DNA from: an uncultured Methanosarcinaceae archaeon
GTDB lineage: Archaea > Halobacteriota > Methanosarcinia > Methanosarcinales > Methanosarcinaceae
DNA length: 64,000 nucleotides
Assembly: GCA_963833425.1 (NCBI GenBank)
Contig: CAWHXP010000011.1
Location: forward strand, 64,001 to 128,000
Reading direction: 5' to 3'
The notes beneath the pieces were generated by a model. The model worked only from the letters and a program-made list of their open reading frames with translations. It was not told where the DNA came from and did not search any database. A program made the translations under genes and the position numbers. Shown here piece after piece: positions 47,267 to 59,397 of the stretch. Each line of letters starts with the position of its first letter. Positions within the stretch are counted from its first letter, which is position 1.

Positions 47267-47560
47267 AAATAAAAAAATATCATAGACATTTTTTCAAGAC
47301 ATAATGGATAATCTCCTGATAAACTGCTTGAATTAATGGCTACATTTTATTACTCTCTAAGCTCAGGTCCGTATGCAATATAAATAGAATTCACTTGTAA
47401 TTCAAGACCTTACAATAGAAGAAACATAAAAAAATCAATGACTATTGATATTATTCATTTATGTAAATTGCTTCGTAGTTACAGATAACCAGTATGTCTA
47501 CGTGTTTGGAACCGTATATAACACTTCATATGCACCTTTTTCCAAAAGGCAAGTCAGCGA

Positions 47561-48173
47561 TCACAAACACTCGTAAGTCGATAAATTTTTGGACTTATAA
47601 GCTTTTAATAGTTTTTCCGTTTTATTAGCATGTTTTGTGACTAAATAAAGACTATGAACAGCTTGTTCCATATACGAGTTTCCGGCTTCAATATCTCCTT
47701 TTTTTATAAGCTTCGATTGCATGATAATATAAACTGCTGCACTTTTGGCCTGTACCATTTGTAATCGATATTCATCTTTTGCATTTTGTAAATCAGGCGA
47801 TACACTGTATAAATCACTATCATTTATTGCTTTCTGGCTATCTTTGTCTAAAGTATTTGCATATGTAGAGACTGACGTGAAATCGTTGTTATCTGATGTA
47901 AAATTGTTGTTCATTAACGCAGTACCTAGGTATTTCATATCATCAGCTACAACAAGTGAATTTGATAGATACGTTTCCAACCATTGAGAATCTTGGTAGT
48001 TTGTTGTTGCATTTATTGGTATAGGAGCCAGTGTTGGAACTGGCATTGTAACTTCGGTTGGTGCTTTTGCATAACACAAAGCGATTGGAATAGTTGCCAA
48101 AATCAAAAAACAAAAAAATTATCGTTAAAATATTCAGTATCTTTTTTGTCTTCTCAAATGCGTGTTTTCCCAT
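47561..48173 (-). CDS. Hypothetical exported protein, probable frameshift near 48110
   Basis: Signal-like N-terminus split between two frames at a T-run; Thr/Pro-rich linker, then a helical domain. Confidence 0.55.
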
Positions 48174-48667
48174 TAATTATACACCTATTTTTGCTCAATT
48201 TTTATGTGCTGATGATGTACATGCTTACTGGTGTGTTATTTTTGTCACCGTTATTATTTTAAATTAATGATACGAAAAAAAGTTTCTAAACGAAAAAAAT
48301 GCTGCATTAAATATTTCACATTCAAAGAGCAATTAAATATTAATAATTATTTTTAAAGCATATACATTGAAATACTATTTTTTTTAGCCTACTCATTGAC
48401 TTTGGACTCTGTTTTTGTGGTGAGATGAAGGAAGCTGAGCTGATCAGATTTTACATAATTTTCGGTACACTGCTCTAATACATTCGATAATTTGTAAAAT
48501 TACCAGGATTTAGTCCCAAATAAGTTATCAAATGAGACTTATTTTACACTCCATTTTTCAAATTGATTTGAATTTCAAAAAGCTTAAATATAGAATTCAA
48601 TCCCAAATAGTATAATTTGAATTGAAAATAATAAATGGATAGACAACGTAGTTAGGAGAGATCAAAG

Positions 48668-49065
48668 ATGATACCTGACAGGTGTAGCTTTTGTAAAGGC
48701 AAACTTGTTGAAGGTAAGACAGACTTTGTGGTAAAAGTTAGAGAGCAAATTATTGCTATCAAAGATGTTTCTGCCTATATATATGAAAACTGCGGAGAAG
48801 CATACTATATTCCAAAAATTCACATTCCGGCAGAGAGGAATGTAATAGAATGGATATTCTCAGTGAAAGACAATGGAATTGAATCGACCCACAATATTCG
48901 CAGAAAATCTTTGAAGTTTTTAAGCAATTGCATAAAAAGGAAGTATATCCTGGAACAGGTATAGGGCTAGCAATTTGTAAGAAAATTGTAGAGCGGCATG
49001 ATGAGCATATATGGGTAGAATAGGAACTTATCGAAGGTCCACCTTTTACTTCACTTTGCCCATAC
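48668..49065 (+). pseudogene. Chimeric remnant: YgiT-type zinc finger joined to a histidine-kinase HATPase fragment
   Basis: CSFCKG...(Y)ENCGEAYY, then EWIFSVKDNGI and, in another frame, [16 protein letters not shown]...STFYFTLP. Confidence 0.7.
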
Positions 49066-49374
49066 TCCTATGATATAAAAAACCAACTTTTGATGTATTC
49101 TGATTCATTGACTATGGTCTTTCATATTTATGTAAGCCGTTTCTTTTTGAAACCTGACTTCCTAACTATCACTTTCTGATAGGCTCTAAATACATAGAAT
49201 AAATTGTTATGATGAAAGGGCATAAAGACTTACATACTTAAGGTAGAAAATTAAAACAAAAAAATTATATTATCTAATTAAATTTAATCATGATATAACT
49301 TAGTGCGTAAGTCCTAATTAAATTATGTCATAGAAATATACTCAAATTCGCTCTTTTGTCTTATTAGAGAGTGC

Positions 49375-49818
49375 TCATCTTACAACGAGTACTGATTTTT
49401 TGGAATGTTGGACCACATTGTCGGCAATGCTTGCATTCAGTAATCCTTTAACCCCGGTCATCCCGTGAGTGGCCACAATGATAAGGCCAATGTCATTTTT
49501 TTCTGCAAATTCGATAATGCCTTCTGAAGGGCTTCCTCGAAGAATTAAAGATTCGACTTCAACATTTGCAGCTTTTCCAGCATTTTCGACATATGTGATT
49601 GCTTCTTTACCTTCTGTTGCGACCTTCTTAGCAAATGCCTTCTCCCAGTCCTCACTTGTATCAAGAGTCATCGAAAAGAATGCCATTGCTATCATATGTA
49701 AAGCATACAGTTTTGCGCCGGTCATTTTAGCAATTTCAATTGCTGTATTAACAGCTTTTTCTGATGCTTCAGTACCGTCGGTTGCAACCATTATCTTTCT
49801 GAAAATACCACTGTTCAT
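49375..49818 (-). CDS. Universal stress protein (UspA family)
   Basis: KIMVATDGTEAS, GSPSEGIIEFAE and LIIVATHG...SIADNVV. Confidence 0.9.
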   Translation of the reverse strand: MNSGIFRKIMVATDGTEASEKAVNTAIEIAKMTGAKLYALHMIAMAFFSMTLDTSEDWEKAFAKKVATEGKEAITYVENAGKAANVEVESLILRGSPSEGIIEFAEKNDIGLIIVATHGMTGVKGLLNASIADNVVQHSKKSVLVVR

Positions 49819-50186
49819 ACTTATTTCTCCTATTCTACATTATTTTACATTATAGTATATAATTCTATAAACATTTGCTGGAAGAAAAGCAAGATTAAAT
49901 TTTCATGTTTGGATAAAATGTGACATTTCTACCATGAGAAAGACCCTGATAAAAATATAAATAAATTATATAAAATCATCTTCATCACTAAATTGATTAG
50001 GATAACTGAATAAAATAGTACTAATTAGACATTTTCTGCGGCAGTACACCTAAAGTTTACAAAATCTGTCCTTTTTTTGCATTTCTAGTGCTTGTCTTTT
50101 TTTCATAAGTTCTTTTAATGTTGGTGGGACTATGCATACACTCTCAAATTGTTTATTATTCGCAAGATACATGGATATTTTTTATA

Positions 50187-50224
<38 letters not shown>

Positions 50225-50284
50225 TATATACTTCTATTTTCTCTGCTTCTTGTCATTACGAAAAATAGGACTTATCGTTTTGCT

Positions 50285-50612
50285 GATTCCGTTGCAAAAA
50301 TTTCAAAATAACATGTAAATCTATTAGTAATGAATAAAAATATTCAAGGAAAATGTACTAACATTATAAAACTATATCAAACAATTGATTAATGTATTTG
50401 ACTTCATTAAGAACAGAGTAATTTAGATTCTTGATTTGTCCTTTTTTAATCATATTCATAGCTTCAATTCCTTTTAAAGTCTTATTAGCAGATCGAAAAG
50501 ACTGAAATCCTAACATTGGATTAACGATTCGCTTTGTAGATCTATGATCTTGTTCTATAATGTTATTCGAATACTTGATTTGTCGAATACCTACGTTTTT
50601 AGGTAGTATTTT
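50285..50612 (-). mobile_element. IS6 right-end fragment
   Basis: TIR GATTCCGTTGCAAAA and transposase C-terminus NNIIEQDHR...MLGFQSF...GIEAMNMIKKGQ. Confidence 0.88.
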
Positions 50613-50812
50613 AGGTATTGATGCAACAGATGTCTCAAAAATCACAATGAGATGACCATTAGAGAAGTGAGTGATTTCATTATTTTGTATAATCTTAATA
50701 TTCTCTTTTATTTACCTCCTTATTTTTTGGTAAGGTAACAAAAAGAACACAAACATAATCTAAACAAGATAATATTATATATGCAGAGATCTATAATAAA
50801 AGGGTTTATAAG

Positions 50813-51052
50813 GTGGTTTTTACGACGGATCTCAAAAAATTGTTTCTGGAAGAAAATGTAGGTGGCTTTGATCTTCTGTTCCGGGCTATTTTTGGAGTGC
50901 TTGCAATCATTACTCTTGCAACAGGTTTTGTGAAAACTTCTTCCTGGAAATGGGTTGTTACTCTGATAGCTTTTACAGGGCTCTTCAGTTCGATCATGAG
51001 ACACTGCACTCCTTACACTATCTTTAAGATTAATACTGCAAAAAAGAATTAG
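50813..51052 (+). CDS. YgaP-like (DUF2892) membrane protein
   Basis: ENVGGFD...R, two TM segments and RHCTPYTIFKINT. Confidence 0.82.
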   Translation: MVFTTDLKKLFLEENVGGFDLLFRAIFGVLAIITLATGFVKTSSWKWVVTLIAFTGLFSSIMRHCTPYTIFKINTAKKN

Positions 51053-52009
51053 AGATAAATTTTAAGGACTTAAGAATTATCCTTATTGTGGATAATGTGG
51101 AGGAAGCTCATTTTTCTTCAATTTACGGTTCATTTTCAACGAAATTGCCTGAACAAGATTCACTCTACATTTTTGCCAGTTTCATGAATTTACTATAAAT
51201 TTTAGGCTAAATGTTTGCACACTCTATGCAAGTGAGTTTCTCTAAGATGTATTCCCTCATCATAATTTAATAATATTTGTGATTTTACAAATAATCGGCA
51301 AATCTGAATACATCCGCCATTGACTTTGGACCTTTTTTGTGGTGAAAGAAAAAGGATACAGAGTCAATCAGATTTTACAAAATTTTTGATACATTGCTTT
51401 ATTAAGCTTAAATGTAAATAGGATTAATACGCAGCTGAAATGATGAAATCGATAGTATAAAATTTAGGAAAATCAAAATAAAAATATTTAGGAATCTCTA
51501 CTCATGGTTTTTTTCTTCTCAGGTACATAGGTTCTAAGAATCTCAACGAAAACAATAAACTTTCCAAATAAAGTTATGTTGTAATACACCTAAATAGGGC
51601 TTTACAGCCAGAATTTTAACTTTTGTAGAGATCAAAGAGAATTAAACAAAGAAAGCAGAAAATAGAGTTTTGGACAAGAAGGTACCTGTCAAAAAATGTA
51701 GAACTACTCCTAATAAATGAACATTATGATAGTTGTTAAACTGCAGGTTCCTCAAAAAAATAACTGGATTAATAGATCCTAGCTGGCTTAAGCTGAGCAT
51801 ATGGAACTTCAGGTCGGAGAATGAACAGGAATTTTCCGATTATCTGTTTCATTTTTCATATACTACTTTTTAGCATCATTTGCAAATTATTTCCACGGAT
51901 ACAGGATCAAAACCATATGATGACATTAAGGATCAATTGGATTTTGAATATAAAAAATTGTTTTTATCCGTGTTATTTATCGGTAGAAAGTAAGGAATCG
52001 CATGAAATT

Positions 52010-52474
52010 TTAGATATCCGTCACTTCAACAGCCAGATCAGTGTTGATGATATAATCAAAGTTGATTATTTTATCCCATTTTTGTTGCATGAACATAGAC
52101 TGAAAGCATAATCCGATAATTCTTTTTTTCCCGAATTTTCGAGGACCTTTCTGGCAATTTAGTTTGCTTTATCAGGATCTATCCCAGTTTTCGGCATTGC
52201 AAGTTCATCTCGTAGGACGAGCACGTCAGCATTGCATCTATTAGCTCTCCAAGCTGCATACCCCAGGAGTCATAGTATTGATCTAGCTTTCTCAAAGTCT
52301 AGACCTGGGACGAAGGCAAGCTTTCTGTCCCGGACTACAAAACTTAGAAGTTCAGCAAAGGGGGTGCAGAAACTTGGAGTTTCCACAAAAGTGATCTTTT
52401 CCGCTCCTTCTGCAAGGTCTCTAGAATTGTTCAGGATACCTCCGACCCCTTGTGAGGTAGTTTATTATTGGCAT
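52010..52474 (-). pseudogene. DUF2124-family methanogen protein, disrupted
   Basis: Minus-strand fragments TPSFCTPFAELLSFVVRD and IIGLCFQSMF.QQKWDKIINFDYII with frameshifts; GGAG RBS before the ATG at 52474. Confidence 0.7.
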
Positions 52475-53094
52475 AACAATGTTCTCCTTATTGAGCTTTC
52501 ATTAAACTACTTTTAGATTACTCTTTGTAGCATCATTATCAGTACTCTCTGTAGCATTATATATTTTTATAAACACATTGAGGCCATTACCTAAAATAAG
52601 TTGAGTTGATTAGCTCTTCCCAAGATAAAAGCAAGAAGTGTATTGTTCATAGATGTTGGCACAAGATTAGGAAACTGACATGGAAATTATTCCAAAATAA
52701 TTATGTGTTGCTTAGGTTATCTAGTAACAAGCATTAAATGTTTTTTGCATTCAGTTTATTGCTTAGAGTAATCATCCTATTTGGGATCTGAAACAGCTTT
52801 TTTAAGCAGTTCTCATTTTTCTTAGCTTAACGATTTTTATGCACAACTTCGAATACTAAGTGTAGCGATTTTCCGACTTTAATGTGAATTTTTTAGTATA
52901 ACAATAACACTCTATAGACCTTCTTAGACATTTTGTGTCTTAACAGAATACAAATGAAGTAACCTCATACCAGTTTTCAGGAAAACTTTTTAAACTTTCG
53001 AGTAGATTTCTTCATCGTAGACAGGTTCAAAGTAATCATTTTCTACATAGTTTGTAGATATCATTTCCATGTTTAGGGAATTATCCCCAGGTCT

Positions 53095-53679
53095 TCACTC
53101 ATCTTTTGCCTCAAAGTAAGGGATACAGACTACTTTTCCATTTCTCAATCGTCCCATAGGTTCCATAAAACCTTCTCCACATTTGTTACAGATCAGAGTA
53201 GGGTAAATTATGGCTTTTTCTGGAGGCTTTATTTCAACTTCACTGACCCAGAAGAGATTTTCCTCTAGCATTTTTAGGATCATCTGGCTTTTTGCTTTGT
53301 GTAAGGCTCGAAACTCCTTTGTTTCTTCTGGGCTTGCAGTGTCCATCCTGATTTTTTCGAAGAGTGCAACATGTTTTTCGTCCTGCGAAAGGACATCTGG
53401 TTTCAAGGAAATTCTGATGGCTTTTTTATCGCCTCTTTTGAAATATGTGTAAACATGCTTTCCATAATCTTTAAAAGCAAGATTTCCTTTTCCGCACGTA
53501 CAACCGTTTATTACCTGAATAGCATCAATAGCACATGATCTATTTTCCGCAATTGTAACTAATTCTTCGTCTTTGCTACGGTCTTTAAAGTGATTGGAAG
53601 CTAGTAATGCCACCCTATAGCCAATTGAAAGTCCAGGACAGACATGTCCATGAAATTGTACAACAGTATTGAAATCCAA
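53095..53679 (-). CDS. FmdE-family protein with C-terminal zinc-finger-like motif
   Basis: FHGHVCPG, CAIDAIQ, GCTCGKGNL and CNKCGEGFME motifs. Confidence 0.9.
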   Translation of the reverse strand: MDFNTVVQFHGHVCPGLSIGYRVALLASNHFKDRSKDEELVTIAENRSCAIDAIQVINGCTCGKGNLAFKDYGKHVYTYFKRGDKKAIRISLKPDVLSQDEKHVALFEKIRMDTASPEETKEFRALHKAKSQMILKMLEENLFWVSEVEIKPPEKAIIYPTLICNKCGEGFMEPMGRLRNGKVVCIPYFEAKDE

Positions 53680-54776
53680 ATTTAACTCCTAATTCAGTTG
53701 ATATGCTTAATATCTATAATACTATTTGTCCATAATTATTTGGGATGGTAAGAGTATAGTTGGGCCGGAATTTCCTACTGTAAGAGTACATAGGAATCTC
53801 CATTGAGGGAACTATCAAACTGTAAAGTACTTACTCGAAAATGTGATTATCATAAAACGCTTTTAAAGATACTTCACAGACCAGGCTATAACGAGGTATT
53901 AAGAGAAGCCAACGTAATCTGTTCAGTTTTTTTAGCGGCTATTGGGCCTGATTTTCGGAATGATTGGAATTATCCTAGTTTTCTCTTACGTTTTTGAATG
54001 ATAACTCGACTTTATAGTCATAACTTTCCTCTATTCATGAATAATCTACTGATTTTTTTTTCCCAGAGAATCAATCATCAAGGTCTGTGGATTTTCTCAA
54101 GTAGAAACTAACTTTAATGTGATGACAGGTGCTCCAGGATGGGTAGTGGTTTGCCATAACGTCGAGAGATTTTGTGACCTTTCTAGTATTCTTTTTGATT
54201 GCCAATGTTTTTCCTGTTTCTTATATCAGGATTGCGTTACTTAGCACCTAGGGATATTTCATAAATATTTTTAAGAGAATCCTGCTACTTTTTTTGATAG
54301 ATTTCGTCACCATAGTTATAGCGGCGGACAACGTCAGACCTGCAAGATCCCAGAGTCGTGGGATATAGCAGTGTTAGCAAGAGTTGCAGTATTGCTGGGT
54401 CTGTTAAAGGTGCAGAATCTTTCGGGCTACTACTCTCTGGATGAGCCACCTGGGATCACCAGCAACACAGGCCTGCAGACATTTGTCTTTGACATGCTGA
54501 ACTTCGGAGGTATGTTCAAGATACTTGTTGTGAGAGAGAAGGGTTATTTTGGGAGTCTATTCCCAGCAAAACACTCATGACAGCTATTATGCTGACATGA
54601 TCGTAACTTTTACAATATCGATCTTAAGGATCCCAGGCCTGATACTGATCGCTGCCGATTTTATACCTGATGTTGAGATGTATTTTCCAGTTGCCTTAAT
54701 TATTAATGACATTTTCAAGGTCAAAATATTGAAATATTCCATTATCAATTAGTAACTTATTTATACTATATCTCAT

Positions 54777-55325
54777 ATGTATAAGTTGATGGTAAATAGA
54801 GTTAAGCGCAGAGTATCCTGCTTCCCAAAGGCCACTTATTATAAACCAAGGGAAGTTCCGTTCTGTGATCTCGAAACTATCAACTTATCCATCGAAAAGC
54901 TTGAAGCTCTCCGTCTTTGTGATCTGCTCAATATCGAACAGAACGAGGCCGCTGAAATGATGGGCGTTTCCCGGAAAACCTTCTGGAATGACTTACAAAA
55001 AGCCAGAGAGAAAGTAGTTGATGCCCTCGTCAATGGCAAAGCAATCGAGATTACTGGTGGAGAGTACATAAATAGTGGTGAGTGCAAGATCGAGTTCATC
55101 TGCAAAGGATGTGAGCATGATTGGGAATCGAAATGCAAGGAGGGCCGCCCCACAATCTGTCCAAAGTGCGGTTCCGGCATTATTTATCGAATCGGCGGCG
55201 ATGGAAAAGGAAAAAGATTTTTTAAGAACAATTATTGCTGTCCCAAAAACAAAGGGAAAACGGCGGTAAATTCTAAAGCAGGAAGTATAAAAAATGACAA
55301 AAATTGCAATACCTTCGATGAATAA
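54777..55325 (+). CDS. DUF134 (UPF0251) HTH protein with C-terminal zinc ribbon
   Basis: LEALRLCD...QNEAAEMMGVSRKTF...AREKVVDALVNGKAI; CKGC and CPKC. Confidence 0.88.
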   Translation: MYKLMVNRVKRRVSCFPKATYYKPREVPFCDLETINLSIEKLEALRLCDLLNIEQNEAAEMMGVSRKTFWNDLQKAREKVVDALVNGKAIEITGGEYINSGECKIEFICKGCEHDWESKCKEGRPTICPKCGSGIIYRIGGDGKGKRFFKNNYCCPKNKGKTAVNSKAGSIKNDKNCNTFDE

Positions 55326-55668
55326 CGGTGGACTAGAGTCTGATGTATGTGCTCACTTTGGCTCATGCGAATATTTTACTATTGTAGATATACAGGACCA
55401 AGCTATTACAGACATTGGGACAATAAACAATATGTCTCCTGATGGCGAGCACAACTGTACCGTCCCTTCGCTAATCCTGAAATCGCACAATGTAGAGGCT
55501 GTACTTGTCTCTGGTATCGGAGGAAGGCCATTATTATCCCTGGTAGATAATAAAATAAAGGTATTTGCTGGAGCAATGGGTAAGGTTTCTGATGCTCTTC
55601 AGGACTATAACAATGGTATGCTGCAAGAATTATCTACAAATGGTACTTGTAACTGCTCTCATCACTAG
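55294..55668 (+). CDS. NifB/NifX-family metal-cluster-binding protein
   Basis: KIAIPS...VCAHFGSCEYFTIVD...VLVSGIGGRP; C-terminal CNCSHH. Confidence 0.88.
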   Translation: MTKIAIPSMNNGGLESDVCAHFGSCEYFTIVDIQDQAITDIGTINNMSPDGEHNCTVPSLILKSHNVEAVLVSGIGGRPLLSLVDNKIKVFAGAMGKVSDALQDYNNGMLQELSTNGTCNCSHH

Positions 55669-55788
55669 AATTAGATAATAAGTAATAATTTGTATGAATC
55701 ATGATTGTTGGAAGTGCAAGGGTCTAGCGCTTAAAAGACCTCTGGAAAAAAAAGCTAAGGCAAGCCAAATTGAGATATTTAATAGTAT

Positions 55789-55905
55789 TAGGACTACGAA
55801 GTTGAACTGAAAAATCAGTATCATTAAATCTTGACTGTCTATAATCCAAATTCAAACCACAGCGTTATAATGTATCCAATTTTGTTGTTCAAGTGTGTAA
55901 TCCTA
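55789..55905. mobile_element. MITE-like element, same family as 33465-33575
   Basis: TAGGACTACGAAGTTGAACTGAAAAATCAG ... AAGTGTGTAATCCTA. Confidence 0.6.
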
Positions 55906-56038
55906 ACTTTATTGCATCAATAATTTAGTATCAAAATCTGTGCTCTATCACTATTACATATTGAAATGATCCTTTTGTGTCAAGTTGAGTATGCTGGATT
56001 TAAATCCCAATAAAAATTTAAAAAGCGGAGTTAAAAGT

Positions 56039-56728
56039 ATGGATATACAAGAGATAAACAGCTATGGACAGGAACTAGTGGACTGTCTTAAACTCACAAC
56101 ATCTCCTGTTGCAGTCAAACTAATTCCGAGAGGAGAGGAAGTTCCCGAGGGCATCGAGAAGGTAGAAGAGGCTATGAGGCACTGCCAGCTTGTTGATAGA
56201 GTAAGAAGAACAGGTGAGGAGTTCTATACCCTTGGCGAAGATCAAATGTGCAAAGGTGGAGCTGGTGCAATGGGCATAGGGGAAATGCCGGCAAAAGTAG
56301 CCAGTGGGGAATTTTACTACAAAGGACTCAAACAGTTCAGCACCCAGGGTGCAGCAATGCGGACAATTGATATGGTTCCTAAGCTTCTTCCCAATTCAAC
56401 AGAAGCTGTCTTATACTCTCCTCTGGAAAAAACCTCCTTTACTCCGGATGTTGTTGTGATCATTTGCAACCCTAGACAAATTATGTTGCTTACACAAGCT
56501 TTTATGTACAAGAACGGTGGCAGGCTTGAAACCAGTTTCGCAGGAAAGCAGAGCTTATGTTCTGACGGCGTTGTGCAGGTGTATAAGGCAGGTAAAATAG
56601 GAGTAACGGTCGGTTGTAGTGGCAGTAGATCTTATACAAAAATCGCCGACGAAGAGATGATTATGGGGATCCCTGTTGAACTTTTAGCTGATGTTGTTTC
56701 TGGCCTCAAGGAAATATGCCCTAAATGA
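56039..56728 (+). CDS. DUF169 domain protein
   Basis: LTTSPVAVKL, RHCQ, CKGGA.AMG, PDVVVI, QSLCSD and GCSGSR motifs; start placed after a GGAG RBS. Confidence 0.85.
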   Translation: MDIQEINSYGQELVDCLKLTTSPVAVKLIPRGEEVPEGIEKVEEAMRHCQLVDRVRRTGEEFYTLGEDQMCKGGAGAMGIGEMPAKVASGEFYYKGLKQFSTQGAAMRTIDMVPKLLPNSTEAVLYSPLEKTSFTPDVVVIICNPRQIMLLTQAFMYKNGGRLETSFAGKQSLCSDGVVQVYKAGKIGVTVGCSGSRSYTKIADEEMIMGIPVELLADVVSGLKEICPK

Positions 56729-57036
56729 AATCTAAAACTTGAGTCTTTCCTTTACATACAGGATCTTTCATATTCAAATTATTTCATATTATTTTTTATT
56801 TATCTTACAAAAATTCAAACTATATTACCTGAATATCTAATGATTGTTAAAAGAACGTCAGACTATTCTGTCAAATTAAGGTTCTTATGCAGTTATTACT
56901 CAAAAATATTGAGTTTGGTAGTTCTTTAAATATGTCACTACTCAAATATAATTCTTATAATGTTTGGCATATGCTTACTCAGGCAACAAATAGCCATCAG
57001 AATGTTATTGTAGCTCATAATTACGGAGGAAAAGTC

Positions 57037-58653
57037 TTGCCTGTATTCATTGAAATTAAGAATTTAACTGTGGATCTTAACGGTATCAAAGTGCTGAAAG
57101 ACGTAAATTTAAGCATTAATGAAGGGGAAATTGTTGGAGTTCTAGGAAAAAGCGGATCAGGGAAAACAATCCTAATGCATTTATTGCGTGGTACTGAGTC
57201 TTTTGAAAATATATCTGGTGAAGTTATTTATCATCTGGCTCGTTGCAATAATTGCAGATACATAGATTGTCCCAGCAAGACAGGCCAAAAATGTCCTTTC
57301 TGTGGAGAGTTGCTTGAAGCTTTTGAAGCTGATTTCATAAAACTTTCTCATTACGACCCAATAAGGAAAGATATTACAAAAAGAATTGCAATCATGCTCC
57401 AGCGTACCTTTGCTCTTTATGGAGATGAAAGAGTTATTGTAAATGTTATAAATTCCTTGAATGAAATTGGGTACACTGGTCAAGACTCTGTGAGAAAAGC
57501 GGTTGAATTGCTTGAAGAAGTACACCTGAACCACCGTATGATGCATGTTGCACGAGAACTATCAGGTGGAGAAAAACAGAGGGTTGTACTTGCAAGACAA
57601 CTTGTAAGAAATCCCTTGCTTCTGTTAGCTGACGAGCCTACAGGTACCCTTGATCCAATGACTGCTAAATTGGTCCATGATGCTATGATTAGGGTAGTGA
57701 GAAATTATAATATGAGTATGATCCTTACATCTCACTGGCCTGAAATTATCGAGAATTTAGCTGATAAGGCGATTCTTCTTGAAAACGGAGAGGTAGTTCT
57801 GGAAGGTAATCCATTTGAAGTTTCTGCAGTCTTTATGAAGAACGCATGTATATTGAAGCAAGAAAAGAACACCTTGGTCGGGGAGTCTATAATGCAGGTA
57901 AGAGACCTTACTAAACGTTATATCTCTGTAGACCGTGGTGTAGTAAGAGCTGTGGATGGGATCTCTTTTGATGTGAGAGAAGGAGAGATCTTCGGGCTAG
58001 TCGGTGTCAGTGGAGCAGGCAAGACAACCACTTCGAAGATTCTTATGGGAATTCTACCACCCACTTCAGGAGAAGTTGAGGTTCGCGTGGGAGACGAATG
58101 GGTTGATATGACAAAGTTGGGAGTCGAAAATAAAGGAAGGGCAACTAAATATATGGGGTTCCTGCATCAGGAATACGGCCTTTACACTCATAGCTCTGTA
58201 ATAGATAACCTCACTGAATCCATTAGCCTTGATTTACCTTTCGAACTTGGTGTCAGAAAAGCTTTAATGACTCTTAAGGCTGCAGGCTTTGAAGAGAATA
58301 AGGCAAAAGCTATTTTACCCAAAATGACTGATGAAATGAGTGAAGGGGAGCGGCATAGGATTGCACTTGCCCAGGTCCTTATAAAGGAGCCCAAAATCAT
58401 CATCATGGATGAACCAACTGGGACAATGGATCCAATTACCAAAATATCGGTGACAACTTCCATTCTTAAAGCTAGAGAAGAGCTGGGGGAAACCTTCGTT
58501 ATAGTTTCTCACGACATGGATTTTGTAAACGAGATATGTGACCGCGTCGCACTTATGCGCGACGGAAAAGTTGTAGACATTGGGAAACCTAAAAACATAC
58601 TTTCCCAGCTCACTGACGAAGAAAGAATCAAAGCTGATTCGGTTAGGACTTAA
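57037..58653 (+). CDS. atwA: Methyl-coenzyme M reductase system component A2 (twin ABC ATPase)
   Basis: Two NBDs (GKSGSGKT, GVSGAGKT), CxxC...CxxC insert, IAIMLQRTFALY, HRMMHVARELSGGEKQRV; TTG start after GGAGG. Confidence 0.95.
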   Translation: MPVFIEIKNLTVDLNGIKVLKDVNLSINEGEIVGVLGKSGSGKTILMHLLRGTESFENISGEVIYHLARCNNCRYIDCPSKTGQKCPFCGELLEAFEADFIKLSHYDPIRKDITKRIAIMLQRTFALYGDERVIVNVINSLNEIGYTGQDSVRKAVELLEEVHLNHRMMHVARELSGGEKQRVVLARQLVRNPLLLLADEPTGTLDPMTAKLVHDAMIRVVRNYNMSMILTSHWPEIIENLADKAILLENGEVVLEGNPFEVSAVFMKNACILKQEKNTLVGESIMQVRDLTKRYISVDRGVVRAVDGISFDVREGEIFGLVGVSGAGKTTTSKILMGILPPTSGEVEVRVGDEWVDMTKLGVENKGRATKYMGFLHQEYGLYTHSSVIDNLTESISLDLPFELGVRKALMTLKAAGFEENKAKAILPKMTDEMSEGERHRIALAQVLIKEPKIIIMDEPTGTMDPITKISVTTSILKAREELGETFVIVSHDMDFVNEICDRVALMRDGKVVDIGKPKNILSQLTDEERIKADSVRT

Positions 58654-58730
58654 ACTCTTGAAGAACAAAATAAAGTACGTTCAAGTAAGTTATAAATATT
58701 TTAGTTTAAATTGTTTGGAATTAATCTTAC

Positions 58731-58834
58731 TAGTGCATCGATTTTAAAATAGATGCATAATTTGTGAGATAATTAATTTTTCTTGGAATGAATTAAACAT
58801 TTAGCTTTTGATTTAGTTTGCAATCGATGTACTA
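58731..58834. mobile_element. Short element with 13-bp terminal inverted repeats (MITE-like)
   Basis: TAGTGCATCGATT ... AATCGATGTACTA (one mismatch). Confidence 0.55.
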
Positions 58835-58927
58835 ATTCTTCGGTTCAACTGCATAATACAAATACTGAGCCACTCTGAGCTTGTGAAGTAGTAGAAACGG
58901 AAAATGAGATATCTTTAAATTGTTTAT

Positions 58928-59017
58928 ATCGGATTTCGATAAACCTCTGATTTTCACGAGCCAGTTACATACAATTATATGCATATGATAAAATTAAGAA
59001 GCTTATCGAAATTATCT
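58928..59017. mobile_element. MITE, IS5-type
   Basis: GGATTTCGATAAACCTCTGATTT ... CTTATCGAAATTATCT; same length and left end as the 5033 and 11121 copies. Confidence 0.75.
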
Positions 59018-59048
59018 ATAAAATCGAACTCATCAAGGAAGTGAAACA

Positions 59049-59378
59049 TTGGTAGAAAAAGTTGACATCGATGAAAAGCTAAAAATTATGGCTGGGCAAC
59101 TTCCAGAAGTGATGAATGCGTTTTCTGGACTCCATTCCGAAGTTGTTAAGGATGGAGCTCTCAGTTCCAGAATGAAAGAACTCATTATTGTGGGAATTGC
59201 AGTAGCACTTCACTGTGAATACTGTCTCTGGAAACACATTCCTGAAGCTGTAAAATTGGGAGCAACCCGTGGGGAAATTTTAGAGGCTGTGAGTACTGCT
59301 ATATTAATGGCTGGTGGACCTGCCGTAGCTTATGGGTCGGTAGTTGTTCTTGAAATTTTAGATAAACTGGGCATTTAA
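59049..59378 (+). CDS. Carboxymuconolactone decarboxylase/AhpD-like protein
   Basis: DGALSSRMKELI.VGIAVALHCEYCLWKH (CxxC), GATRGEI and MAGGPA. Confidence 0.9.
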   Translation: MVEKVDIDEKLKIMAGQLPEVMNAFSGLHSEVVKDGALSSRMKELIIVGIAVALHCEYCLWKHIPEAVKLGATRGEILEAVSTAILMAGGPAVAYGSVVVLEILDKLGI

Positions 59379-59397
59379 AAAAATAAGGTGATATAAA

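Noticed and set aside
53790..54750. Possible transposase or other gene remnants between the fmdE-like and DUF134 genes
   Set aside because: Fragments are too degraded to assign by eye; a translated search is needed.
56887..57036. 50-aa N-terminal extension of component A2 in the ORF track
   Set aside because: A GGAGG RBS precedes the TTG at 57037, which gives a typical A2 N-terminus; the extension is AT-rich promoter-like DNA.
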